From a virus (lineage: Duplodnaviria; Caudoviricetes), in IMG/VR virus record IMGVR_UViG_3300033067_002127, positions 1-41,169 of that record: 41,169 nt of DNA; one strand, given 5' to 3'. The translations under genes were made by a program, and so were the position numbers. A model generated the notes under the pieces. That model did no database searches. It was not told where the DNA came from and saw only the letters and a program-made list of their open reading frames with translations. This document shows positions 19,001 through 27,281 of this stretch, piece after piece (the stretch's first letter is position 1; each line of letters starts with the position of its first letter).

Positions 19001-19832
19001 CGCGATTTGTACGCGAACGGGCGTTGCCCTCCAAAACCGCTCGCATTTGTGGGCTCTGCAGATATGGGGCGTAGGCCATGTCCTGCATTTCCGCCATCTG
19101 GTATCGGACGGTGTTACGCCGTTTGGCTTCACGCTCGTTCTCGCGCTGAACTCGCTTAGCTTCACGTTCATTCTCACGCTGAACTCGCTCGGCTTCTTTA
19201 TCCGCTTTACGTTTAGCCTGATCCGAAGTGGCCTTCTGCTTACGCTCTTCCTCGCGCAGGTCAGCGGCCTTCTTCTTGAGTAAGGCTTCATAATCTTTGA
19301 GATAGGTGATCTGACTATCCAGTGCTTTCAGAGCACGCGAGTTCGCACCGTTAAAGGCTTCGCTTGCTCGACGGGCAGTAAGAGCCTCTTTAACCAGTTT
19401 GGCTTCGCCACTTTTGACCATCTCTTCGATGAAGGTCTTGGTGGCCTTGTTAAGTGTGGCCAATGGGCGGCTATAAACGTCATTGAAGAGCTGACTGCGA
19501 ATACCTTCGGAGAAGCTGCGACGCATACGCGCCTGCTGATTCTCGTTAGCAGCCTGCATGAAAGGCACACGCTCTTGACGAATGTTACTCGCTTTAGTGA
19601 AAGCTGTCTGTAGTTGAGCCCCGCCATCCGCGACTTGTAAAAAGGCACGAGTCCGTCGTAGTCTCTTTACGAGGTCGGCATCTAAGGAGTCAATTTTCCG
19701 GAGCTCGGTATTGATCAGACGACCAAGTTCTTTTATTTGGGCATTTAGAGCTTTGATCTCCTCACTGGGCTTACCAGTGAAGGAGATTTCAATATTGGGA
19801 ATCGAATCAACTGGATTACTCATCACTATCAC
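12999..19832 (-). CDS. Tape measure protein with a lytic transglycosylase (SLT) domain
   Basis: 2277 aa, helical, with a TP901-type core (FEAALKQTQAISQAS..LAQAGFS) and an SLT motif AESGGNPKAVSPVGAGGLMQLMPATA..AYNMGEG. Confidence 0.93.
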   Translation of the reverse strand: MIVMSNPVDSIPNIEISFTGKPSEEIKALNAQIKELGRLINTELRKIDSLDADLVKRLRRTRAFLQVADGGAQLQTAFTKASNIRQERVPFMQAANENQQARMRRSFSEGIRSQLFNDVYSRPLATLNKATKTFIEEMVKSGEAKLVKEALTARRASEAFNGANSRALKALDSQITYLKDYEALLKKKAADLREEERKQKATSDQAKRKADKEAERVQRENEREAKRVQRENEREAKRRNTVRYQMAEMQDMAYAPYLQSPQMRAVLEGNARSRTNRALTLGSRQQDIEALLGSGLQNLAGQNRKRYYDPNTVLSSANQVTSQLSALQLHREALGQAMPRYEQGSDTRMAIQRALEGLLVEEKQLRNLLAKMVSSNASKDATLRSMEQQLRQSKRDERAKNYSGNLRDLLALDLQNFGSLPAESKSQIKKQLSDTKRWLDQAARDALERGNTKEYLQMTNKWVSLDQKSVAIRNAEQGGNRAQARSAQEKNRLDTLKAATYRETGLEPQIKAAKTLADLKIQQVKISDDLSRASQLYRAASKQGDEEQIARAERLIRIYAQERLALMERQKLLQPRTGAAERFAQLNTSQGRAGLFATQTVLRENYAIQNVMTGSLSGAYTFIRDFEAALKQTQAISQASTAQVERLKTAIIEVSDASRFSAIQLAEASTILAQAGFSIGEVEKALSGVATLATATGSSLQDSVDIATSVLGAFQLSASSMPDIVNQITQAMNLSKLDVPKFMLAVQYAGNTAAEMGMSFRETLADIATVANTGIRSGSTMGTGMRQLLADLTAPTAKFKAILKDLGLTLSDVDVRVYGLAGVLKNLKEAGFSGADALESFELRAANFYTALSNNLDGYNQLYVALDDNTAAMRAQEVQMDSLAAQSDRMTNQFKILADTIGGETASALTGVFRTIANLTAWLNDQTQESIAGSVIKFSLLTLTIAGVSIAIVRTVSMLSGLTLIMRVAQAQALKNAASLGVATASTNMFTGAIARSTTAMIAWNSVMTFSRAHPILVALTVGAALATAFTLANNSLGSSLEQNKKTLDRQIGTYKELDDAIKTNQSSLSEVENKLMSLTSRSESLRKNQSDLAVEFVEVRKKALELGVALSSQVEMTVESLRNAWEELRLEMSKKIVVEVEMKGQALQQQQATARQIYNQTTLNQGYATEGLFSAVTSSQMLNPTQTLTRNQELVSKYMSSPLKGLAANQMLNAPRPALAAGNAQNLYQAAISAGMDANKAEQMVAALLTTQRYLTADVERMSPAQLQSMNKELQSSYQKANALIMELETLLKRESTSPSRTAVERKEFSKIAAQMQDNLFRKSPKEDDKDAPESLAMRYMAMQSIIGQSNVNKLQDAELARARAGKLFAEGKGIFQANYFTSKAQPLTTGQINALSKSQAKWMPLVEKIAEEEGVDPYLLMAMLQAESGGNPKAVSPVGAGGLMQLMPATAKQYGLSDKDRFDPEKNIRAGAKYLRYLEKHSATGGQVSNMVMAYNMGEGALGNRMTQAKSKGVDVMSLLPSETQAYLPKVASYYAALSSQTVPRGGAQIIQEAAYDNPELNKINRSLADLSLGRETLKRRLTEARGKNDQVAITQLVQTMAESNKQAQLYQEARNQLLISAKEQAGTEREKAAVEAEIIKYQKEAQIQKENSKLDEIDPAYRLNEYQAQLKKVIDARKMAALQDLDLEKLKAGESDISTDALILKAQKARLLTAKTQIDLERIEREGEKMRIEAVKKFEAKQLEILLESLKNQHDAIKRSHEEAMRMLEERTKATEALLKKEEESRTLMVDMLRITRGNMDKTGRSENYNDADRDRIDTLLSKVDQDINDRLERVRLEETLKTTDQAITQLEDMEADRLAKLMDTEYSMETALKKAGGDVNDKVYQALLDRANTLKDQMAAYSTKLKELQVTKEGLERQTNLLGAGDLIDEYRLLSNSEEDTRKKQGVAARKQTLFQDMADTRAKSGTESRIYLYLKGKADEYRNAVDTYGNDIAKIIERKQQIEQELALKGFSKDAVSELLKPKAGITERLADHYRLQTKDAFGDEAMFEDALAVTESLKSGFEGLTSSLMQSTDGVEGFFRALIGRSKEGKAAWREFGLSIVETALKTVTNRMVNQFINMLLGDSGSGKKGEAASPNFLQVGLSALGSLFGFGGGDATPKKMAEGGKVTGGVPNKDSVPILAMPNEWVMPTSTTKVLGDGFMEGLRTNPAATMAKVAGLGAMSSGKASTTNVYVVSPDKVPSGLTDEDVVVTVSRDLSNGGPIYQMIKQIKT

Positions 19833-20239
19833 CGGTTGAGGAAAGAGGTCACCTGCTCCATTGTGTTAAACGTGGGCAGGCTTTTGTCGATCTTACCATG
19901 CTGTGTTGAGTTTTTGTTACCCGATTCCCCTGCAGGAGGTAGTACCGCTTGCAACATCAGATTTAAAAGCTGATGTTGCTGCAAATATCCAGTGTGTTTT
20001 TCACCTAAGTAAAGCCGAACGGCACACTGGACATCCGCGTAAGTCACCTGTGTCCAAAGGAAGTCTTCCTGTTGAGAAGGCAAAACTTTGAAAACAAGGT
20101 AAAGAGTGTCACTGAAATTTAGCTGGCTGTACCAATTGAGGTAGATGTCAACTGTTCGGCCTGCTTCTCGATCTCGCTCAGGTTTTGCTTGACCTTGCTG
20201 AACTGTTTGCTCAGATTGTTCACCTGAGCTTGAAAAAAA
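19829..20239 (-). CDS. Tail assembly chaperone GT extension (made by -1 frameshift)
   Basis: The -1 frame is open from the T-TTT-TTT slippery site (20233-20239) into track ORF 19829..20083. Confidence 0.8.
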   Translation of the reverse strand, partial: FFSSSGEQSEQTVQQGQAKPERDREAGRTVDIYLNWYSQLNFSDTLYLVFKVLPSQQEDFLWTQVTYADVQCAVRLYLGEKHTGYLQQHQLLNLMLQAVLPPAGESGNKNSTQHGKIDKSLPTFNTMEQVTSFLNR

Positions 20240-20532
20240 TTTGCACAGTGTTCCATGAACCAGTCAAGAACCTCTGTGGCTGTCTGCATGGTGACTCCCA
20301 TCTCTTCGAGCTTTTCGAGTAGGTCGTCGAGTTTTACTTCGTCTCGTGGGTAGTCTTTACCCATCAAAATCATTGAAACGATCTGAGCCTGCACCACTGG
20401 TTGCTGCACCACCAGTTGGATTTGCTGCGGGCTACCATAATGAGCCATGATTCGCTGGTGTAGCGCGAAGCTCATAAAGACCTCTACAGGCCCTTGTGCA
20501 AGTTGAAAAGTGCGACGGTCTAAACTGGACAT
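20119..20532 (-). CDS. Tail assembly chaperone G
   Basis: Between tail tube and tape measure; RBS GAGG; carries a slippery site in its C-terminal third. Confidence 0.8.
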   Translation of the reverse strand: MSSLDRRTFQLAQGPVEVFMSFALHQRIMAHYGSPQQIQLVVQQPVVQAQIVSMILMGKDYPRDEVKLDDLLEKLEEMGVTMQTATEVLDWFMEHCANFFQAQVNNLSKQFSKVKQNLSEIEKQAEQLTSTSIGTAS

Positions 20533-20574
20533 GATTCCTCAGCCTTCGTGTTTTGTGAACAAATAGCTTACAAC

Positions 20575-20600
20575 AAAAAAGCCCCGCTTGGGGCTTTTTT
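20575..20600. terminator. Bidirectional intrinsic terminator after the tail tube gene
   Basis: AAAAAAGCCCC-GCTT-GGGGCTTTTTT. Confidence 0.85.
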
Positions 20601-20610
20601 GTTTTCACCT

Positions 20611-21429
20611 TTAAGGGGTCACACGCTCGAACTTGGTCATGTATGGAATGATCGGACGACCATTGCCATTGGCGGTAGCCCACTCGTAGCCCTCGTCGGA
20701 AGGCAACAAATCCATCACCACAAACTCGAAGTTCTGCGAGGAATAATCGCCAACCCCGAACTGGATGTTAAGACCAGAAACCACTTGGATTTTTGGAATC
20801 AGAATGATGATGGGGTCACAGTTTGGCTGGCTGCTAACCACCTTGGCCGACATGTACTTCGCGCCGCCGCAGTTATCAGTCAGGCTCGGAGTAATAGATT
20901 CCATGGTGTAGACAGTGGCACCAGCGGCTACTGCTTTGACCAGTGGGCGGTCGAGTGTCAGGGTGTTGGTGGCCTTGCTCTCTACCTTGTAGATCAGACC
21001 GTGGCGGGCATCTGTACCACCGAAGGTTACAAAGTCACCTACGCTAATACCCGAGGCGCTTGCTACGGCTACGGTTGGGCTCGCTGCCGCAGCTGCGGTA
21101 CCAACAGTGGTGCGCGGAGCTTGGTTGACCGAAAACTCGTGCCCCAAACCACCCATTTGATAGGCCAGCTGGCGTGGAGTAAATTCGTAACCTGCACCGC
21201 TCATGGCGAAGCTGTCTTCAGTCAGAGCAGTGCCAACGATCGTTTGCCGCACGCCTTGCGCGAGACGGGCAAAGTTACGGGTGTTGGTGATCTGCAGGTT
21301 TTTGAACAAGCCAATGCTGTGCTCTTCAACGGTGAGATCGAGAAAACTACCTACTGGACCCAACATCACGGTTGCTTCATTGAGCAAAAAACCGTCGGTG
21401 TTGGCAGTACCATGATTTTGAAGCGACAT
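20611..21429 (-). CDS. Major tail tube protein
   Basis: Position before the chaperone and tape measure; own promoter and terminator; highly-expressed-type codon use; beta-rich. Confidence 0.8.
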   Translation of the reverse strand: MSLQNHGTANTDGFLLNEATVMLGPVGSFLDLTVEEHSIGLFKNLQITNTRNFARLAQGVRQTIVGTALTEDSFAMSGAGYEFTPRQLAYQMGGLGHEFSVNQAPRTTVGTAAAAASPTVAVASASGISVGDFVTFGGTDARHGLIYKVESKATNTLTLDRPLVKAVAAGATVYTMESITPSLTDNCGGAKYMSAKVVSSQPNCDPIIILIPKIQVVSGLNIQFGVGDYSSQNFEFVVMDLLPSDEGYEWATANGNGRPIIPYMTKFERVTP

Positions 21430-21456
21430 GATAAAACCCTCGTTGCAACTACCTAA

Positions 21457-21485
21457 AGCATACGGACTTTACAAAAAATATACAA
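21457..21485 (-). promoter_or_regulatory. sigma70-type promoter for the tail tube gene
   Basis: TTGTAT-N17-TATGCT on the minus strand, about 28 nt upstream of the ATG. Confidence 0.6.
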
Positions 21486-21486
21486 G

Positions 21487-21960
21487 TCAAGCCAATCTTT
21501 TATCACATAAAAGGTTGCAGCGTATAGCTTTAAATGTGCGTGTTCCGTCTCTGGTGCTCGGGGCAATTAGACGGTCACCATTGAAAACCAAGTTGGCTAT
21601 CGGCTGGATCTGCCCCGCGCCGGTGTCTTTATAAATCACAATCACCTGCCCTTCTTGCGTATGCTTGGTCAGAAAGTCAATGATTTTGGTCTCAAGGCGC
21701 ATTAGATTCGTGTCTTCAGTAACCGAAGCTACAAGCATTACCTCTGCATAGAAACCGACCTGTTCAGACTTGCTCAAGATGTTGAGGTCTGAAAAACCGA
21801 GTAGATCTCCGTTTGGTAATTGACCGGTATCACCAATTGCGTCAAACATGGTTACAGTCACAGGCTTCTGCGTAAGCAGCGAGATTTCTCCTGCCGCTTG
21901 TGTGCAAAAACGAATAAGTGACTTGTACAGGTCAGCATACTCAACAACTTTGTCGCTCAT
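21487..21960 (-). CDS. Putative tail terminator/completion protein
   Basis: 157 aa directly upstream of the tail tube; call from synteny. Confidence 0.5.
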   Translation of the reverse strand: MSDKVVEYADLYKSLIRFCTQAAGEISLLTQKPVTVTMFDAIGDTGQLPNGDLLGFSDLNILSKSEQVGFYAEVMLVASVTEDTNLMRLETKIIDFLTKHTQEGQVIVIYKDTGAGQIQPIANLVFNGDRLIAPSTRDGTRTFKAIRCNLLCDKRLA

Positions 21961-22775
21961 TTTTTAGCCTCCGCAATCGCTTTGCGTTGTGCCCATTTCT
22001 GGGTGGTGGGTACGAGGTAATTGGTTACCCAGTGTTTAGCATACGGGATCAAGAGTGGGCGATAGAACTTAACTTGATGGCGCTTGTAAATACCCAGCTT
22101 GAGGCTCGCTGGGATACTCTCCATCGTGCCTTTCAAATTCTGCTGGCGGTCCATCGGGGGTACGATCTTATCGATCAGCAATTCAGGTAATGCTCGCTCG
22201 CTTAACATGCGAAAAACTGAGAACTGAAAGTAGCCGATCTTCACCTTGCGGAACAGATACTCAGGGTCTTTTTTCTTGGCCGGAAAGCTCTTTTGCATAG
22301 TCTTTGGTAGGTCTTTGACACGCTCAAGCCCACTGTTGGGTTCCATTGAAAACCTTTGATCTGGGCTTTCTGTTCGTTTGAGGTAATAACCGCCGAGGGT
22401 TTTACTCACGAGTCCCTTACTCTTGGTGCTTGATATAAAATGGTAAGCCAGATCTCCTGACTCATAGAAGTAATTTGCGTGGCCTTTAGCTTTAACGTGC
22501 CATCTGTGCAAAGGCTTCCATGGGGGATATCCTTGTTTGCGGAGAAATCGGGGTTGTCTTTGATCCGCATATTGGTTAAAGACTTCCCTCGCCAAATCCC
22601 CAAGAAACTGGTCAATCTCAGAGTTTACGAACTCTTTTAGATCCGCCTGCCATTGATTCACATAATCCTCAACACCGCGAGAATACCGTATAGTAATCTG
22701 CTGGTTGACCAAAGCGGCGAGGGTATCCCCCCGTTTTGGGTCTGAGGACTTTAAAACCTTTTTAGACATCAGCAA
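21957..22775 (-). CDS. Putative neck/virion morphogenesis protein
   Basis: Basic 272-aa ORF with a WKPL....K.KG...F...G.L motif like Ne1/tail-completion proteins; synteny. Confidence 0.5.
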   Translation of the reverse strand: MLMSKKVLKSSDPKRGDTLAALVNQQITIRYSRGVEDYVNQWQADLKEFVNSEIDQFLGDLAREVFNQYADQRQPRFLRKQGYPPWKPLHRWHVKAKGHANYFYESGDLAYHFISSTKSKGLVSKTLGGYYLKRTESPDQRFSMEPNSGLERVKDLPKTMQKSFPAKKKDPEYLFRKVKIGYFQFSVFRMLSERALPELLIDKIVPPMDRQQNLKGTMESIPASLKLGIYKRHQVKFYRPLLIPYAKHWVTNYLVPTTQKWAQRKAIAEAKK

Positions 22776-23319
22776 TTATCCGTTCGACTTTCAGAAAGTA
22801 CAAACCGTCTTGGTGATACATCTGATTGACCTTATAGCCTCTCAAGGTGTCTGTAGGCTTCACAGGGCTTGCCGTGATGATTAAGAAGTTGAGGTTGGGG
22901 TTACGGTCGGCATTGATGTTTCGGAAGTCTTCGGTAATGTAAACAGGAATGCTCTCTACCGTTACCTTTCCATTATCTTCCTCTTGCAGGGTAACTGGAT
23001 TGACCTCAGTAGTTCTTACCACCCACTCAAGGATCAGGTTGGCTTCGTAGGCGCGAAAACTCAAACCGTGATTGTCCAGTTTTCGGAAGTCAGCCAGTAG
23101 GAAACGACGATCCGGCTGGGAGATCAACTGAATCAGTCGGTATTCAAACAGTGGTAATAATGTTCCATGTGGAACATTTAACAACCATGCGGGGGTCGCC
23201 CCCCATCGGCTCTCTTCAGGGGGTTCATTCAAGATGCCCTTAAAACGCATGTGTGGCTGGCCACTAATACAAAAATCCTGCGCAAAGCAGGACTTGTTAT
23301 GATCGCCATGAGGTTGCAT
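22762..23319 (-). CDS. Putative head-closure protein
   Basis: 185 aa in the head-tail junction block; synteny. Confidence 0.45.
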   Translation of the reverse strand: MQPHGDHNKSCFAQDFCISGQPHMRFKGILNEPPEESRWGATPAWLLNVPHGTLLPLFEYRLIQLISQPDRRFLLADFRKLDNHGLSFRAYEANLILEWVVRTTEVNPVTLQEEDNGKVTVESIPVYITEDFRNINADRNPNLNFLIITASPVKPTDTLRGYKVNQMYHQDGLYFLKVERIIADV

Positions 23320-23320
23320 T

Positions 23321-24046
23321 TTAAACCCCTGTAATCTCGTCCGGTGTTAGCTCGATCAAGCGTAAACTATTTAGGTTACCGAAGCCAGTGTCGGTCAGAT
23401 AATCTTCAAGAATGGTTGCCAGTTCGTTTAGGCGGGCTTGCAGACTCTCAACCAATGTTTCCAGATCTGAGGCCGTTCCCAGTCGGGAAAACTCACCATT
23501 CTCGCTTGTTTGCTTTTTGCTTAGGAGCATGGTCATTTTAGGGATTACTGCCAGTGCTGTTTTTACACTGAGGTATTCACCAAACTGATCTGTCAAAGTT
23601 GAGTCGCTGCTCCGAGCGAGGTGAAAAGCTGCCGAGAAATCTCGGGAATAACTGCTCAGATAAATCTGATCTAAGGGAATTTCGTGATCAGGAATCTCGT
23701 AATCCCGAACGCCGAGTAGGGATCGCACAGTGTCACGATCTGTCGGAATATCAAATACATCAATGAAGCGGTAGACCTTGCGGATCTGCTTACTGCCTAA
23801 AGGAGTGTTCACTTTAAGAAGTAAGTGGGCCTGACGGCTTTCACCCGCTGGTACAGTCACAGCTGGAATGTCTACAGCAAAAGAGCTGCCCCCGTTAGGG
23901 GGGAAGCTCAGACTGATGGGGGCTTGCCCGTCCACTTGCAAAACCCCAACAGTCGTGTCCGTAGGTGGCGCGTACTGTCCAGAGATAATAACCTCAACAG
24001 TAACCGTATTGGTCATACCGGCTGGTAAGTACACAACGCCACTCAT
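23321..24046 (-). CDS. Putative head-tail adaptor
   Basis: Ig-like N-terminal half, then a TVRSLLGV...EIPD helical domain typical of adaptors. Confidence 0.55.
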   Translation of the reverse strand: MSGVVYLPAGMTNTVTVEVIISGQYAPPTDTTVGVLQVDGQAPISLSFPPNGGSSFAVDIPAVTVPAGESRQAHLLLKVNTPLGSKQIRKVYRFIDVFDIPTDRDTVRSLLGVRDYEIPDHEIPLDQIYLSSYSRDFSAAFHLARSSDSTLTDQFGEYLSVKTALAVIPKMTMLLSKKQTSENGEFSRLGTASDLETLVESLQARLNELATILEDYLTDTGFGNLNSLRLIELTPDEITGV

Positions 24047-24049
24047 GGA

Positions 24050-24361
24050 TTAACCCTCAGCCTTAGCCGATGGTTTCTTGGTAAGCGAAGCCAAATATGC
24101 CTTGGCTTGCTCAAGGGCGGTCTTACCGTTGAGGTTGGGGTTCGCAGCGAGGAACGCTGCGTAGTCGTCATCATTGGCCTGCTCAGGGAAAGTCAAATCC
24201 AACATCTGACGGGTACCCAGTGCGATTTGGCGACCAATGGTGGCATCTGCCTTGTTCACGAAAACAAAGTCACGACCACCAACAACGGGTTTCTGATTGA
24301 TAACGCCCGCGAAGCCATCTTTGGCACTGACGAGGGCTTTTTCTACTACAACTTGAGTCAT
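24050..24361 (-). CDS. Hypothetical virion-associated protein
   Basis: ATG at 24361 with GGAG RBS; follows the capsid gene. Confidence 0.6.
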   Translation of the reverse strand: MTQVVVEKALVSAKDGFAGVINQKPVVGGRDFVFVNKADATIGRQIALGTRQMLDLTFPEQANDDDYAAFLAANPNLNGKTALEQAKAYLASLTKKPSAKAEG

Positions 24362-24377
24362 GGGAATCTCCAAAAAG

Positions 24378-24401
24378 GATTAGGGCTTTTCAGCCCTAAT
24401 C
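24378..24401. terminator. Hairpin downstream of the major capsid gene
   Basis: GATTAGGGCT-TTTC-AGCCCTAATC, a perfect 10-bp stem. Confidence 0.65.
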
Positions 24402-24412
24402 ATTTGACACGG

Positions 24413-25642
24413 TTATACTGCCCAAGTCAACAGACGGCGCGACTCGTGATAGTTCATCATAAAGCCGGTGTTGATGGTGTTGGTCATCACGATGCTTTGG
24501 GTGCGGATCGAACGCTCCATTTCGCTGATCTGAGAACCGATTTCGAGCAGACGGTCCAGAGTCTCACCACGACGGTATACCAAGATCGAACGATCTGGGA
24601 TCGCGTTGGAGATCAGGACACGAACACCGAGCGATGGGAAGCCTTGGAAGCTGATACCCATACCGAACTGTGAACCAATCTGCATCACGCTCTGAGCTGC
24701 GACGTTCTGAGCGTTGTTGATTGGGAACATGGTCATCAGATCGAACGCAGTCTCCCAGTTGACAACCAAGGTATCGACAGGGCGGTTGTTGCGGGCGCAG
24801 TTCATCAAGAACTTCATCAGACCGCGTGCGCGACCAGTGATAGCACCAGTGGCTTGGCCGTCGTAGGTTTGCAACTGCTCAACCGGAGCGGCACCGTTGT
24901 GGCCATCACCGTTCAGCAAGGTGTAAACAGCGAGGCGAGCTTCTGCCTGAGTACGTTCAAAACGCTGACGGTTCACCATCGGAATCATCATATCTGGAGT
25001 GATACGACGACCGGCTTCGTAGGTGAACTCAATACCGCTACCCACTTTGTAGAACTCAGCGGTGCTGCGGGTCGCTTTGACAGTACGCACAGGGATACGA
25101 CCACCTTCCGCGATACGGAAAGAATCGTAGGCGTCCCCACTGGCTTTGTCGTAGGTGATCTCAGTGATCAACTGGTTGCCCGCCACTTGGCGAGTAACAG
25201 CCACGAAGTCTTCAACACGCTCAACCTGAATGGTGTTTTCAACTTCACGCACCAAGTTGTCCATCAGCAAAGGCAGAAGGACGCGCAGGCCGCCGGTGGT
25301 GAACACGTCGGAGTTGGCTGCGAGGATCGCGGCATCAATTTCGGTCTTACGGTGCAGAGGCATTTGCGCTGCAGCGAAAGTTGCACTGATACCGTTATCA
25401 ATCTGACTGGCGATGCCAGAACCGTACATATTGGTCAAGTCAGCGTGTTTGAAATCAACGTGACGTGCCAGCATTGCCGCTGGGGTCAACCCTTCAAGCA
25501 GACAGTCTTGCAGAAAAGCGATCGAGGCATTTTCCTGCGCGGTTTTGATATCACCGCTGTGGTCTTTGGCTTGCAACTTGGCCACCAGTTGTACTGGCGA
25601 CATCAGTTTACCATTTTCAAAAAACTGCAATGCAGAACTCAT
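24413..25642 (-). CDS. Major capsid protein (HK97 fold)
   Basis: 409 aa; RIAEGGRIP..FYKVGSGIEFTYE pattern; follows protease and decoration genes; strong codon bias. Confidence 0.88.
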   Translation of the reverse strand: MSSALQFFENGKLMSPVQLVAKLQAKDHSGDIKTAQENASIAFLQDCLLEGLTPAAMLARHVDFKHADLTNMYGSGIASQIDNGISATFAAAQMPLHRKTEIDAAILAANSDVFTTGGLRVLLPLLMDNLVREVENTIQVERVEDFVAVTRQVAGNQLITEITYDKASGDAYDSFRIAEGGRIPVRTVKATRSTAEFYKVGSGIEFTYEAGRRITPDMMIPMVNRQRFERTQAEARLAVYTLLNGDGHNGAAPVEQLQTYDGQATGAITGRARGLMKFLMNCARNNRPVDTLVVNWETAFDLMTMFPINNAQNVAAQSVMQIGSQFGMGISFQGFPSLGVRVLISNAIPDRSILVYRRGETLDRLLEIGSQISEMERSIRTQSIVMTNTINTGFMMNYHESRRLLTWAV

Positions 25643-25656
25643 TACGGGTCTCCCGA

Positions 25657-26082
25657 TTATTTGAACAGCAGAACGACTAAGCCTTCAGACGCTTTGGCAG
25701 CATCTTCGACAATAATCGGGCCTTGGGCGGTACGAGCACCCGAAGTCTTGATAAAGCCATCACCCGCACCGACTGCTACCGTACCTTTGGTACCTGCGTT
25801 GCCTGAGAGCAGCTTAGCCGCTACACCACCTTTGGTCTCAACCGAGATGGTTACGCGAGCTTCAGCAGGGTAGTATTCGGCCATCAGGATGATGCCGTCG
25901 ATGGTTGCGTTATCTGCCGACAGGGTGTAACCGTTATCGACACTGCCGTCGATGGTTACTGCTTTGCCCTGCAGCAATTCAGCGGCATTATCAACGGTCA
26001 AACCCGCCACGGTGCTGGTCAATTCACCGTTGTAGCGGAACTCCGAGTGAGAAGTACCGCGCATGGTAATTTTTGGAAACAT
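25657..26082 (-). CDS. Capsid decoration/cement protein
   Basis: 141 aa, G/A/T-rich, GKAVT motif, between scaffold and capsid. Confidence 0.7.
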   Translation of the reverse strand: MFPKITMRGTSHSEFRYNGELTSTVAGLTVDNAAELLQGKAVTIDGSVDNGYTLSADNATIDGIILMAEYYPAEARVTISVETKGGVAAKLLSGNAGTKGTVAVGAGDGFIKTSGARTAQGPIIVEDAAKASEGLVVLLFK

Positions 26083-26085
26083 GGC

Positions 26086-27270
26086 TTAGCCCCCAATGGT
26101 TGGAATGTGCGATGCGAAGCTGGCACCGGCGAGGTTGAGTTGAGCTGCAATGCCTGTACCGTCAGAGCCGCCCGCTGGAGCTTTGCTTGCACCGCCTTCT
26201 GGAGCTTTGCTTGCCGCCAGTTGAGTTTCAAGCTGAGTCTTGGTCGCAGTCAACTCAGCAACAGCTGTGTCTTTTGCGCCCAACTGAGCAGTCAATTCCG
26301 CCTTGGCCGCTTCAGCTTGAGCCAAAGCGTCTTTGGCTGAGGCCAGTTCTGCTTTCAATTGTTCAGCAGCCGCAAGTTTCGTCTCCAGATCGGCAACTTT
26401 GGCTTCAAGCACTTTAGCCTGAGCACCATTGTTGACCAATTGGACGTAATCTTCGTGTTTGATTTCCATTGTGCCATCACCTGCAGGTTTGGTTTGGACA
26501 CGATCTTCACTTTGTAAACCAATGTCTGGTAATCGATTGGTATCACTTGTGTGATCATGTGTAACTAAAATCAGTCTATCAGTAACACTGGACGCTGCCA
26601 ACTGGGTAATGTCACTTTTTTGAGCGAGTTTTAGCTCTGAGGTCTTTAAAATGCGAGCATCAGTGACTGCTCCTTGAGTAACTAGACTCAATTCACTCCA
26701 ATATTCTGGATTATCGAGCTTCAAATGCACCCCGTTTGTCCCTACGGTGTGTCCGTTTGGGCAACGAGCTGGTCGGCTGGCTGTGCCTTTGGCATCAAGG
26801 TTAAGGTAGCCCATACTTTTAGCGTCTTTTGTGTAATGGAAATCACACTCCGAGCAGTAAAGGTCCTTCGGCTTAGTGCTGGAAGACACCCGATTTACAA
26901 TCCCTTTACTGATCCGGTCGTCCAGACTGTTGGGCTGATCGTCACGAGTCAGGGCAATCAGACTGTGCAGATCGTAACCGCCTTCCATGTTTTGATAAAC
27001 TTCAGCGTCAAGTACCAAGCCTTCGGGCAGGCTACCTTTTTCGTCGTGAAGCAGGATCAAAGGGATGTAGCTTCGACCTTGAGCAAATTGAGCCAATTGC
27101 TGCAAATAACTCGGCTTCATAGAAGCCCCGTCATACAAACCTGCCGCTTTTTCAATTGGCCGAGTGGTGTTAGTCAAGACCTCGTAAACCGAGAGTTTAC
27201 TGGGGTCTACGTTACCCATACGGTTTTGAATCAACCGCTGGATTCGGGGAGTAATGTCAACGCGATACAT
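26086..27270 (-). CDS. Prohead protease-scaffold fusion
   Basis: LILLHD..., WSELSLVTQGAVTDARIL protease motif, CSEC/CPNGH insert and an Ala/Lys-rich C-terminal coiled coil. Confidence 0.8.
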   Translation of the reverse strand: MYRVDITPRIQRLIQNRMGNVDPSKLSVYEVLTNTTRPIEKAAGLYDGASMKPSYLQQLAQFAQGRSYIPLILLHDEKGSLPEGLVLDAEVYQNMEGGYDLHSLIALTRDDQPNSLDDRISKGIVNRVSSSTKPKDLYCSECDFHYTKDAKSMGYLNLDAKGTASRPARCPNGHTVGTNGVHLKLDNPEYWSELSLVTQGAVTDARILKTSELKLAQKSDITQLAASSVTDRLILVTHDHTSDTNRLPDIGLQSEDRVQTKPAGDGTMEIKHEDYVQLVNNGAQAKVLEAKVADLETKLAAAEQLKAELASAKDALAQAEAAKAELTAQLGAKDTAVAELTATKTQLETQLAASKAPEGGASKAPAGGSDGTGIAAQLNLAGASFASHIPTIGG

Positions 27271-27281
27271 ACTGGGGCTCC

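Noticed and set aside
20548-21456. 302-aa plus-strand ORF opposite the tail tube gene
   Set aside because: Antisense shadow that also crosses a bidirectional terminator.
24854-25873. 339-aa plus-strand ORF opposite the capsid gene
   Set aside because: Antisense shadow of a strongly codon-biased gene; no RBS or recognisable motifs.
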